A stretch of 64,000 nucleotides of DNA from an uncultured Bifidobacteriaceae bacterium. Lineage in GTDB: Bacteria > Bacteroidota > Bacteroidia > Cytophagales > UBA9547. The notes beneath the pieces are model-generated. The model made no database searches. It saw only the letters and a program-made list of their open reading frames with translations, and was not told the DNA's origin. Shown in pieces: positions 55,251 through 63,847 of this stretch (its first letter is position 1; every line of letters begins with the position of its first letter). Both the position numbers and the translations under genes were made by a program. The DNA is taken from assembly GCA_964572965.1 (NCBI GenBank), contig CAZNHL010000007.1, positions 21,620 to 85,619 of the forward strand, written 5' to 3'.

Positions 55251-55382
55251 TTATTGCTTTTTATGGGTAATAGTAGCCGATTTGAGCATTTTGTCAATTC
55301 GAATAAGCATTTTGAGTTTTTCAAAACGCTGTTCGTAAATATTAAGAGGCTTTTGTGGGGGGATATTTTTAGGGTTTTCCAT
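55251..55382 (-). CDS. Unlisted 43-aa ORF (MENPKNIPPQKPLNIYEQRFEKLKMLIRIDKMLKSATITHKKQ) immediately upstream of the nucleotidyltransferase gene
   Basis: It has an ATG start, and its stop lies 9 nt before the NTase ATG. It is below the track length cutoff. The antisense track ORF 55254..55472 has a TTG start and junk-like composition. Confidence 0.4.
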   Translation of the reverse strand: MENPKNIPPQKPLNIYEQRFEKLKMLIRIDKMLKSATITHKKQ

Positions 55383-55600
55383 TATGATACTACTTGCAAT
55401 AAAAATATCAAATTTCTTTCAGATACTCTTCTATTTAACTCAATGCTGAGATTTATAGTTTCAGAAAATTAATTATATGACTATCTCTGTTTAGTAAAAG
55501 CTGTGAGGTTTGAAGTTGTGTTTTAAATCTAAATGAAACATATTGATATAAACCATACTGGTTTATCGGAAGACAGATTCAAACAAACGGATATTCAAAA

Positions 55601-56647
55601 TTAATTAAAGTCAATTGTCCGTTTCTCCTCAAAACTCCTGATAGCGGTTTCAACTACTTTTACCGCTTCAAGCGCTTCTTCGGCTTTTACCAGTAAAGAT
55701 TGTTTATTCCTGATTGCCTGATAAATATTTTCATAGTAAAGCTCATAAGAACCTTTTGGAGTATGTACATACACACGGTTAGTTTTGCCGTTGTTTTCAG
55801 TATGTAAAATCCCGTGAAAGTCCGGTGAGTCTATGCCATATCCTGCATCACCCGGTAGCATACCGTTTTTTAATTGTAATTCCTGCGGGTCAGTACCATA
55901 TTTAATAAAAGAACCTTCATGGCCGTGTAGTTGAATGGTCGGGCCATGTTCTTTTACAAGCGTACTTGATTTCAGTAACACACGAATGTTTGGGTAATCA
56001 AGGCGGAGGTTAAAATAATCAACAGAACCTGCCTCTTTTCTTAAGGTTCGCAGATCAGCAGTGACAGCCTGAGGTTTTCCGAATAATTGAAGTGAAGTGT
56101 CTATCAGATGAACTCCTAAATCATACAAAGTACCGGAGCCCGGTTCGTTGTCTTCTTTCCACTTTTTATGTGTTACATGTGTGCGGTAGCGGTCGTAATG
56201 CAGTTCCAGCTCTACAATTTCACCCAGCGCTTTTTCGTCCAGTATCTTTTTAATTACAAGAAAGTCATTGTCAAACCTCTTACTGTGGAATACAGAGAGT
56301 ATAAGTTCTTTTGACTTTGCCAGCCGGATTAACTCTTCACCTTCAGCACTTGTAATGGTAAAAGGTTTTTCCACTACCACGTGTTTACCTGCTTCCAGCG
56401 CAGCTTTGGTCATGGGGTAATGAAGTTGATTCGGTGTATTTACTACTACCAGCTCAATTTCCGGATTATCAATAATCTCGTCAAATGTTTTGAGAATGGT
56501 TACCTGAGGGTATTTATCTTTTGCTGTGTCTTTACTTCTTTGCAGTATATATTTCAGTTCCAGTCCCTCACAAGCCGTAATAAGCGGTCCGTGAAACACT
56601 TCTCCCGACATGCCAAAAGATGCCAGCGCTGTAATGATTTTCTTCAT
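55601..56647 (-). CDS. Gfo/Idh/MocA family oxidoreductase
   Basis: 348 aa with an N-terminal Rossmann fold and an EKPF motif. Confidence 0.88.
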   Translation of the reverse strand: MKKIITALASFGMSGEVFHGPLITACEGLELKYILQRSKDTAKDKYPQVTILKTFDEIIDNPEIELVVVNTPNQLHYPMTKAALEAGKHVVVEKPFTITSAEGEELIRLAKSKELILSVFHSKRFDNDFLVIKKILDEKALGEIVELELHYDRYRTHVTHKKWKEDNEPGSGTLYDLGVHLIDTSLQLFGKPQAVTADLRTLRKEAGSVDYFNLRLDYPNIRVLLKSSTLVKEHGPTIQLHGHEGSFIKYGTDPQELQLKNGMLPGDAGYGIDSPDFHGILHTENNGKTNRVYVHTPKGSYELYYENIYQAIRNKQSLLVKAEEALEAVKVVETAIRSFEEKRTIDFN

Positions 56648-58020
56648 TAGACCGGTTTACTTTTTGATTTAAGCTTTAAAAGGAAAAACATCCCGATGAA
56701 GAAGAATCCTGCCAATGCGATAATACTGTTACGCATACTTCCTGTGAGCATTTCTATGGCTGCATAAGAGAAAGTACCGATTACAATTGAAAGCTTTTCT
56801 GTTACATCATAAAAACTGAAATAAGAGGCCGTGTCTTCAGTTTCAGGTAAAAGCTTAGAATAGGTAGAGCGTGACAATGCCTGTACACCACCCATTACAA
56901 AACCAACTGCTGTTGCCAGAGCGTAGAATTGCCCACCTGTATATACAAAATAAGCCACTACACATATCACAACCCATATGCTCACAGCAATAATCAAAGC
57001 TTTGGTATTACCCTGTTTTTTAGAGATCCATGCAAAGAAGTAAGCGCCGCCGATGGCTATAATTTGTAAGAGTAAGACAACGGAAATCAACTGTCCGGTT
57101 TCAAGTCCAAGTTCTTTTTCCCCGAAAATAGTAGCCACATACATTACCGTTTGCACACCTGTATTGTAGAAGAAAAAGGATAAAAGAAAAGTCTTGAGCA
57201 TAGGCAATTCCATGAGATGGTTAAATACCTTTTTAAGCTCTCTGAAACCGTTGACAAAAATATCTTTACGCTCACCCTCTTTTCTTGTGCTGTATTTTGG
57301 AAGTGCAAAGAAAGTAATCTGGGCAAAGCCAAACCACCATATACCGGTACAAAGAAATGATAATCGCGAAGCAAAAGATTTGTAATAACCAGTAGCTTGT
57401 TCCAGAGCAAGATCCTGTGTCAAAGAAGGGGTTTGGGCAATTAATTCTGCCGCTTTTTCAGGGATATTGAAGTATACCTGTGGAAAAAGGATCATGGATA
57501 AGTTGAAAAGTAACTGTACCACACTTCCGATATAGCCCATTGTAAACCCTTTGGCACTTACCTGATCCATTTGGTCTTCTGTTACCAGATCAGGAAGGTA
57601 AGAGTTATAAAACACAATACTTCCACTATAACCGATACAGGCTAAAATGGATAATATAATCCCCAGTTCAACATTGGATGAGTCAAAAAAGAAAAGACCC
57701 ATACAGGCAAAAGAGCCCAGAAAGCAGAATATCTGCATGAAAAGCTTTTTCCTTCCGGAGAAATCGGCAATACCGGTTAACAGCGGCGATAAAAGTGCCA
57801 CCACCAGAAAGGAAAGTGACAGCGAGTATGTATATAATACTGTGTTCGTCAGCTTGAGACCGAAGAAGTTGACTTCATCGTGAGTAGCCGGATTGTTGGT
57901 TACTGCATTATAATAGGCAGGGAATATAGAAGAGGTAATAACCAGCGAATAAACCGAATTGGCCCAGTCATACATGGTCCATGCTCTTACCAGCTTAGGA
58001 TTGTTTTTTTCTAGTAGCAT
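56647..58020 (-). CDS. MFS transporter (UMF1 / Atg22-like family)
   Basis: 457 aa with 12 TM segments and a WTMYDWANSVY N-terminus. Its stop overlaps the downstream start (TAATG). Confidence 0.8.
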   Translation of the reverse strand: MLLEKNNPKLVRAWTMYDWANSVYSLVITSSIFPAYYNAVTNNPATHDEVNFFGLKLTNTVLYTYSLSLSFLVVALLSPLLTGIADFSGRKKLFMQIFCFLGSFACMGLFFFDSSNVELGIILSILACIGYSGSIVFYNSYLPDLVTEDQMDQVSAKGFTMGYIGSVVQLLFNLSMILFPQVYFNIPEKAAELIAQTPSLTQDLALEQATGYYKSFASRLSFLCTGIWWFGFAQITFFALPKYSTRKEGERKDIFVNGFRELKKVFNHLMELPMLKTFLLSFFFYNTGVQTVMYVATIFGEKELGLETGQLISVVLLLQIIAIGGAYFFAWISKKQGNTKALIIAVSIWVVICVVAYFVYTGGQFYALATAVGFVMGGVQALSRSTYSKLLPETEDTASYFSFYDVTEKLSIVIGTFSYAAIEMLTGSMRNSIIALAGFFFIGMFFLLKLKSKSKPV

Positions 58021-58171
58021 TGATCAAAATTCTGAGCCTAAATTTAGAAATTATTACTCTACTCTGACATATAGCTGCTTTTATTTTTAAATGGCGCCTA
58101 AGCTTCATAAAACTTTAGAGTGTATAAGAAAGATTCGTATATTAAATGAGTTATACATTAATTTCTAGGTT

Positions 58172-58516
58172 ATGATTACCCCGGAAACGATCAGACAATT
58201 GTCTTTATCATTTGAAGAAACGGAAGAAAAGCCTCATTTTGAGAAAACCTCATTCCGGGTGAAAGGTAAAATTTTTGCTACGCTGGATATTGCAACCAAC
58301 AAACTGGTTATAAAACTTTCTGAAATTGATCAGTCAGTTTTTTCGGGAGACAAAACGGCCATATATCCAGTACCCAATAAATGGGGTAAGCAGGGCTGGA
58401 CAATGATTGATCTTGCCAAAGTGGAGAGAGAAATTCTTGAAGATGCTTTGACGACAGCTTATTGTGAAGTGGCTCCTGCAAAGTTGGGCAATAAATACCG
58501 GCGACTTGATATTTAA
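58172..58516 (+). CDS. MmcQ/YjbR family DNA-binding protein
   Basis: 114 aa with an EEKPHFEKTSFRVKGKIFATL pattern. Confidence 0.7.
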   Translation: MITPETIRQLSLSFEETEEKPHFEKTSFRVKGKIFATLDIATNKLVIKLSEIDQSVFSGDKTAIYPVPNKWGKQGWTMIDLAKVEREILEDALTTAYCEVAPAKLGNKYRRLDI

Positions 58517-58686
58517 GAGCTATGTAATTTTTTAGGATAAATGTGTTGACAGCTGTCGTTTCAAAGGTGTGTTACTTGTAAACCGGCAATCTGTTTGAAT
58601 CTTGTTAGTTCAAGGTAATGATAACCAGCTACTCCAAAAACAATCATTTAAGAAGTAAAAGACACCTGTCCTGTTCTTAGTAGAAA

Positions 58687-58720
58687 TTTCACCGACCCTT
58701 TTCCTCTCTTTACCGACTTT
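58687..58720 (+). promoter_or_regulatory. Candidate LytTR-regulator site: direct repeat TT.ACCGAC with 21-bp periodicity
   Basis: TTTCACCGACCC at 58687 and CTTTACCGACTT at 58708, about 80-110 nt upstream of the liaF-like ATG. Confidence 0.3.
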
Positions 58721-58797
58721 CTGCCCGCTATAACCTATTTGATTTTTGTATAAGACAAATGGCTTTGTAGTTTTGAAGCATCTTAAACGATAATAAT

Positions 58798-59574
58798 ATG
58801 GGTGACTTTGATAAAGCTTCTCGTAGCAGAGGTAAAATTTTCTTGGGAGTTCTTTTTCTGGCAGGGGGATGTATTTGGCTTTTAAAGGAAATGGGTTGTG
58901 TGTTTTCAGAATGGTTATTTACCTGGCCGGTAATAGTAATAGCACTTGGCTTGAGCTCTATTGTGAAGCATCGTTTCAGACATCCGGTAGGCTATGTGGT
59001 AGTGTTGGTAGGTGCGGTTTATCTGGCTCAGAAAATTGACCCTGCTTTATACCTGGTGCCTTTTATGTGGCCTGCATTGATTATTATTTTCGGTTTGTGG
59101 CTGATTTTCGGGAAGCATAAGCAAAGAAGTTGCAATAAGGATGATTTTAACCGGTTTCAACAAAAGTGGAGGGAAAAAAAACGCGAATGGCATAACTCTT
59201 CTGCGGTTGTTGATGAAACTGGTTCTGTGAGTGAAGAAGAGTTTCTCGACGTTGTTTCTGTTTTCAGCGGAGTAAAGAAGAATATTCTGACGAAAAATTT
59301 CAAAGGGGGAGATGTAGTTACTATTCTGGGTGGTGCTGAAATAAATCTAAGCCAGGCAGATATTACAGGGCGTGTTGTGCTGGAGGTAACGCAAATCTGT
59401 GGAGGGGCAAAAATCATTGTCCCTCCACATTGGGAAGTTATTTCTGAAATGGTGTCTGTACTTGGCGGCATTGAAGATAAACGTCAGGTTGAGTCATCAC
59501 TTATTGATCCTGAAAAAATACTTGTGATCAGAGGAACTTCGGTTTGCGGAGGTATTGATATCAGAAGCTTTTAA
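58798..59574 (+). CDS. LiaF-like cell-wall-active-antibiotic response protein (DUF2154-type C-terminal domain)
   Basis: 258 aa with 4 N-terminal TM segments and a C-terminal GGAEINLSQA...GGAKIIVPPHW...VLGGIEDKR... Confidence 0.75.
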   Translation: MGDFDKASRSRGKIFLGVLFLAGGCIWLLKEMGCVFSEWLFTWPVIVIALGLSSIVKHRFRHPVGYVVVLVGAVYLAQKIDPALYLVPFMWPALIIIFGLWLIFGKHKQRSCNKDDFNRFQQKWREKKREWHNSSAVVDETGSVSEEEFLDVVSVFSGVKKNILTKNFKGGDVVTILGGAEINLSQADITGRVVLEVTQICGGAKIIVPPHWEVISEMVSVLGGIEDKRQVESSLIDPEKILVIRGTSVCGGIDIRSF

Positions 59575-59577
59575 TTA

Positions 59578-59610
59578 GTATTGAGTATTGAGTATTGAGT
59601 ATTGAGTATT
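59578..59610. repeat. Tandem heptamer array (GTATTGA)x4.7, perfect
   Basis: Read directly from the sequence. It starts 4 nt after the liaF-like stop and is followed at 59632..59643 by TTAAGCATTAAG. Confidence 0.95.
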
Positions 59611-59658
59611 TGTTCTTTTATAAGAAAATTGGTTAAGCATTAAGTTAATTACACTATT

Positions 59659-60003
59659 ATGTCTTGGTATATAGCGAAAATCGTTTTTAAGATTACCAGT
59701 GGGAGCGGTAATCATCAGGCTCAGTTTGATGAGCAGTTGAGACTGATTAATGCACCTGAAAGTAAGGAAGCTTTTGAGAAAGCACGTGCTATCGGGTTGA
59801 GTGAGCAGGATAGCTTTCTGAACACAAGTAAGGAATCTGTACAGTGGCAGTTTATTGATGTTGCTGAATTAAACCTTCTTGGTGACCTGAAAGACGGACA
59901 GGAACTCTCTTATAATATCCAGGAAAAAGAAAATGCAGACGATTATATTGCCTGGATACATTACCGGGCTACGTTGATCGGTTCAAAAGAAGTTTTTGCG
60001 TAA
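59659..60003 (+). CDS. DUF4288 domain protein
   Basis: 114 aa with WYIAKIVFKI...QFDEQLRLI.A....AFEKA pattern. Confidence 0.7.
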   Translation: MSWYIAKIVFKITSGSGNHQAQFDEQLRLINAPESKEAFEKARAIGLSEQDSFLNTSKESVQWQFIDVAELNLLGDLKDGQELSYNIQEKENADDYIAWIHYRATLIGSKEVFA

Positions 60004-60039
60004 TAAAGCAGAAGTCCGCGTACTAAAGATTTTACAGTT

Positions 60040-61074
60040 TTGACATTTTTAACTCAGGGTATCGATAAGGTAGACAGGTTTTTCATTGGTGGCTGGTTCA
60101 GTTGGGCAGTTATCCATGCATTACTATTACTGAGTTTTGATTTCAGTGTCGAGATTTCCTGTGTTGATAGTATGGTGTCCAATAGCTTCTTATTTGGGGC
60201 TTGCCTGGTAGTCAGGAATAACCTGAAGTACTACCGGCCGGATGATAATAAGTTTTTTTATTTGTTTGTTATTTGCTTCATGCTGTCTGGAATTTGCATG
60301 GGCTTTAGCAGCTGGATTCTTTCAGAGTGGTTTTCTGGTGATGCTGTTTATCTCTGGTTTGTTGACAAATCTACATGGTTGAGGTATTGTGTCTACTTTC
60401 TGATGCTTGAACTAGTGTCTATGTTCAGTATCATGTGGTATAATCAGGAAGATCAGAAAGCAGGAGAAAAAAGACAGTTTCAGGCAGAGAAATTGGCAAG
60501 AGAAGCTGAATTGTTTAAGCTACGACAACAGCTACAACCACATTTCCTTTTCAACAGTCTTAATTCTATCAGTGCTTTGATCGGGACAAAGCCTGAAGAG
60601 GCTAGGAAAATGCTTTATCAGTTGTCAGACTTTCTGAGAGGGACATTAAAAGAGGAGAAGGAATGGATTAGTCTGGCAGATGAATTATTGCATTTGCAGT
60701 TGTATCTCGATATTGAAAAAGTACGTTTCGGTCATCGCTTATCAGTCAATATTGATATGGGAGAAGATACCAGAGCATTAAAGCTACCTCCGTTACTATT
60801 ACAGCCTATTGTAGAAAATGCTATAAAATTTGGTTTGTACGATACTACAGAACAAGTGGGTATCCTGATTAAAACAGAGACTATGGGAAAAGAATTGGTT
60901 GTGGTTATTCAGAATCCGTTTGATCCTGAAACTTCGCAGCCGAGAAGAGGGACAGGGTTTGGTCTGAGAGGTGTAAAACGCAGGCTTTATTTGCTGTTTG
61001 CCAGAAATGATTTAGTAGAGACGGAAGCATCACAGAATATTTTCACAACAATTATCAGAATACCACAGATATGA
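60040..61074 (+). CDS. LytS-type sensor histidine kinase (His_kinase PF06580-like + HATPase)
   Basis: N-terminal TM bundle followed by LRQQLQPHFLFNSLNSISALI and the ATPase motifs ENAIKFG and GTGFGL. TTG start. Confidence 0.88.
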   Translation: MTFLTQGIDKVDRFFIGGWFSWAVIHALLLLSFDFSVEISCVDSMVSNSFLFGACLVVRNNLKYYRPDDNKFFYLFVICFMLSGICMGFSSWILSEWFSGDAVYLWFVDKSTWLRYCVYFLMLELVSMFSIMWYNQEDQKAGEKRQFQAEKLAREAELFKLRQQLQPHFLFNSLNSISALIGTKPEEARKMLYQLSDFLRGTLKEEKEWISLADELLHLQLYLDIEKVRFGHRLSVNIDMGEDTRALKLPPLLLQPIVENAIKFGLYDTTEQVGILIKTETMGKELVVVIQNPFDPETSQPRRGTGFGLRGVKRRLYLLFARNDLVETEASQNIFTTIIRIPQI

Positions 61075-61811
61075 AACGTGTGCTCATCATAGATGACGAG
61101 CCATTGGCCCGTTCAATAGTTAAAGAATACCTGTCTGCTTATCCGCAGCTGGAGCTTGTACAGGAATGCAACGATGGTTTTGAAGGTATTAAGGCAATTA
61201 TGCAGCATCAGCCGGATTTGATTTTTCTTGATGTGCAAATGCCAAAGATCAATGGTTTTGAGATGCTGGAGTTGGTAGAAAATGCTCCGGCAGTGATCTT
61301 TACAACGGCTTTTGATGAGTATGCCATCAAAGCTTTTGAAAATCATGCAATAGATTATTTACTAAAACCTTTTAGCAAAGAGAGGTTTGATAAAGCTATT
61401 GAAAACTGGCTGGGAAGACAAGTGCCTGAAGAAAAGGAGAAAACCAGTCAGTTGGTAGAAAGTCTTACTAAAGAAGCCATTCAGCAGGAGCGTATTGTGG
61501 TGAAAACCGGTACAAAAATTAAGGTAATTCCTGTAGCAGATATTCTATACCTCGAAGCGGCTGATGATTATGTGAATATTCATACAAAGGAAGGGGCTTT
61601 TTTGAAAAATAAAACAATGGCCTTTTTTGAATCGGCACTGGACAACAGGACTTTTGTGCGTATACACCGTTCCTATATTGTGAGTGTACCCGAAATTACA
61701 AGACTGGATCCTTATGAAAAAGAAACCTATACCGCAATTTTGAAGTCAGGGGCTAAAATTCCTGTCAGCAAAACAGGTTATTCAAAACTGAAAGTAGTAT
61801 TGGGACTTTAA
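61071..61811 (+). CDS. LytR/AlgR (LytTR DNA-binding) response regulator
   Basis: Receiver domain (IIDDE, DLIFLDVQMP, KP) plus a LytTR domain (FVRIHRSYIV). It overlaps the kinase gene by ATGA. Confidence 0.92.
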   Translation: MKRVLIIDDEPLARSIVKEYLSAYPQLELVQECNDGFEGIKAIMQHQPDLIFLDVQMPKINGFEMLELVENAPAVIFTTAFDEYAIKAFENHAIDYLLKPFSKERFDKAIENWLGRQVPEEKEKTSQLVESLTKEAIQQERIVVKTGTKIKVIPVADILYLEAADDYVNIHTKEGAFLKNKTMAFFESALDNRTFVRIHRSYIVSVPEITRLDPYEKETYTAILKSGAKIPVSKTGYSKLKVVLGL

Positions 61812-61906
61812 TAGTGCACACCGGTATTTGAGCTTGCCGAAGGTACCGGTATGAAAGCGGTTGCGTTTGTAGAGCCCCCATTCGGTAGATTGTAGATACT
61901 TTCTTC

Positions 61907-62791
61907 CTACTTTTTATTTAAGATGTAAACGGCAATCAGGCCAAGTAAACCGCCAATGATTGTATGCAGCTGAGGTACTTCATTGATAAACAGCCATGCG
62001 CCCAGTGCTGCAGACAATGGAACCAGGAAGATAAAACTACTGGCTTTACTTACACCTAGTTTTGCAGTAGCAAAAAAGAAAAAACTCGTAGCAAGCGATG
62101 TTGTAATAGTGGCAATAAAGAAAAGATTCAACCAGAACTTTCCGTCCGATTTTTCCAGAATAGTAACGCTTTCGCTAAAGCCGGCATAAAAGAGCATCAG
62201 TAATGTGCAAATGGCAAACATCCATGTACTAAAAGCCATAGACGTACCGTAAAGTGTTGATTTTGATGTTAATATACTGATAATTACCCAGACACATGAC
62301 GCGAGTACGAAGTAAATATTGCCCGGAGCAATCACAGCATAAGGGTCTGCCCATATTTTAAGGAGTATTATTCCTGCTAAAAGGCCAATCAGTAATCCGA
62401 TTATTTCTTTAGTAGAAGGGCGTTTTTGGTTGATGTATAGTTGCACCAAATACGCTAATATCGGATTAAGAATAGTAACCAAAACTCCTCCGGCTCCGGG
62501 TTTGCCATGATGAAGCCCTTCAAAAAAAAGAAAAGTATAAACACACATACTCAATGATGCTCCAAACAGAACAGGAATGCCTTTGGGCTGTATTTTCCAG
62601 TCTTGTTTTAAAAAGTATAAAGCAGGGGCAAGTGAGAAGAAAGTAAGCCCAAAGCGCAGCAATGCAATAGAACCTGAACTTCCGTAGCTGCCAAGTACTT
62701 TTCCGGAACTCCAGCTCATACCCCAGCAAAACATGCTGAACAGCATACCCGTAAGAAAAAGATGCTCTGTGTTTTTTTGCTGAGTATTCAC
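61907..62791 (-). CDS. DMT superfamily (EamA-like) transporter
   Basis: 294 aa with 10 TM segments and a two-repeat EamA architecture. Confidence 0.8.
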   Translation of the reverse strand: MNTQQKNTEHLFLTGMLFSMFCWGMSWSSGKVLGSYGSSGSIALLRFGLTFFSLAPALYFLKQDWKIQPKGIPVLFGASLSMCVYTFLFFEGLHHGKPGAGGVLVTILNPILAYLVQLYINQKRPSTKEIIGLLIGLLAGIILLKIWADPYAVIAPGNIYFVLASCVWVIISILTSKSTLYGTSMAFSTWMFAICTLLMLFYAGFSESVTILEKSDGKFWLNLFFIATITTSLATSFFFFATAKLGVSKASSFIFLVPLSAALGAWLFINEVPQLHTIIGGLLGLIAVYILNKK

Positions 62792-62886
62792 GGAAAAAGG
62801 GGGATATTGTATACCTTTTTGAAATTTCTGTAAAGTTAACTACTATTTTAATCAGTTAGCGGTAATTATTTTTGTGGTAATAAAAA

Positions 62887-62906
62887 AACCTCCGCTACCG
62901 GAGGTT
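62887..62906 (-). terminator. Terminator hairpin after the small Lys-rich ORF
   Basis: AACCTCCG-ctac-CGGAGGTT flanked by an A-run and a T-run. Confidence 0.8.
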
Positions 62907-62916
62907 TTACCAGATA

Positions 62917-63066
62917 CTATTGATGTTTTTTGAAATAGGGTGGCAAGTCTTTGAGCTTTGAAGGTTTTATGTACTTTTTATTAGATTGATACAATCCTCC
63001 TGCTAATTTTTTAGGTGGCTCGGTCACATGAGGATTATGGACGGTTATTACTGTTTTTGTTTTCAT
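62917..63066 (-). CDS. Unlisted 49-aa Lys-rich ORF (MKTKTVITVHNPHVTEPPKKLAGGLYQSNKKYIKPSKLKDLPPYFKKHQ)
   Basis: It has an ATG start, and its stop lies 10 nt before a strong hairpin terminator. It sits in an otherwise empty 444-bp gap and is below the track cutoff. Confidence 0.4.
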   Translation of the reverse strand: MKTKTVITVHNPHVTEPPKKLAGGLYQSNKKYIKPSKLKDLPPYFKKHQ

Positions 63067-63235
63067 AGTTATAAGAGGTTAATTCATTATAAATCAACGA
63101 ATATAAAATAGGGTAGTTGTGAATAATCCTTGTGATTTTTATAGTAGATTAGTAATGTTAAAAAAAATAGGAGATTATTTATATTTGATTGTGTAACATT
63201 TTACTAAAGAAGGAAAGTATTAAATCCATTGCTCT

Positions 63236-63778
63236 ATGAAACAACATTACCTATTTACACTTTTGATAGTTGCTGTCAGTTATTTTTCTCAGGCACAATC
63301 TCTGACGCTGGACGAAGATACCAAGAAACAAAGCATTGTTGAAGTTGTGACTGTTAAAGTGCCTAAGGCTACTTTATTAAGTCGGGCTAAAAAATGGGCG
63401 ACAACAAATAAACTCACTCCTGTAGCAAAACATGAAGCTTCAGACTATGTCGGCAAAGGTATACTGACACTGGTATATCCGAGTAATACGCCGGGAAAGA
63501 CAGATATTGGTGAAATTTCATATACCGTGACAATATCTTGTAAGGAAGGAAAGTACAGATACGAGTTTACTGATTTTGTACATGCAGGTACAAAAGGTAA
63601 AGGCTCGGGCGGGGAGTTTGAAAGAAAAGAACCTGCTTGTCAGAAAACGATGTTAACAATGGCTAGCTGGGCAAAAATTCATGCAGATACAGAAGCTCAG
63701 ATCAAAGAATTGATTGAAAAACTGAAGAATGACATGGCTGGAGTTGTGCCTAAAGCTCCTAAAAAGAAAGACTGGTAA
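63236..63778 (+). CDS. DUF4468-like secreted protein
   Basis: 180 aa with a signal peptide ending SQAQ and a pattern consistent with DUF4468. Confidence 0.55.
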   Translation: MKQHYLFTLLIVAVSYFSQAQSLTLDEDTKKQSIVEVVTVKVPKATLLSRAKKWATTNKLTPVAKHEASDYVGKGILTLVYPSNTPGKTDIGEISYTVTISCKEGKYRYEFTDFVHAGTKGKGSGGEFERKEPACQKTMLTMASWAKIHADTEAQIKELIEKLKNDMAGVVPKAPKKKDW

Positions 63779-63813
63779 CAGATTCAGTCATGCGTGGCAG
63801 TCACTGTATACTT

Positions 63814-63841
63814 GTAGATACGTTGCCTGCAACGTATCTAC
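63814..63841. terminator. Bidirectional terminator hairpin
   Basis: GTAGATACGTTG-cctg-CAACGTATCTAC, between convergent genes. Confidence 0.8.
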
Positions 63842-63847
63842 TAAGTA

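Noticed and set aside
55254-55472. 72-aa plus-strand ORF in the track.
   Set aside because: It has a TTG start, F/N-rich composition and no partner or terminator. The antisense 43-aa ATG ORF, which is coupled to the nucleotidyltransferase gene, explains the open frame better.
48430-55600. The idea that 48.4-55.6 kb is a discrete genomic or resistance island.
   Set aside because: The gene content looks accessory (arr, TetX-like, NTase module, repeat element). However, I find no integrase or transposase, no tRNA or attachment-site repeats, and no flanking direct repeats. I cannot compute GC or codon bias reliably by eye. It is reported only as individual findings.
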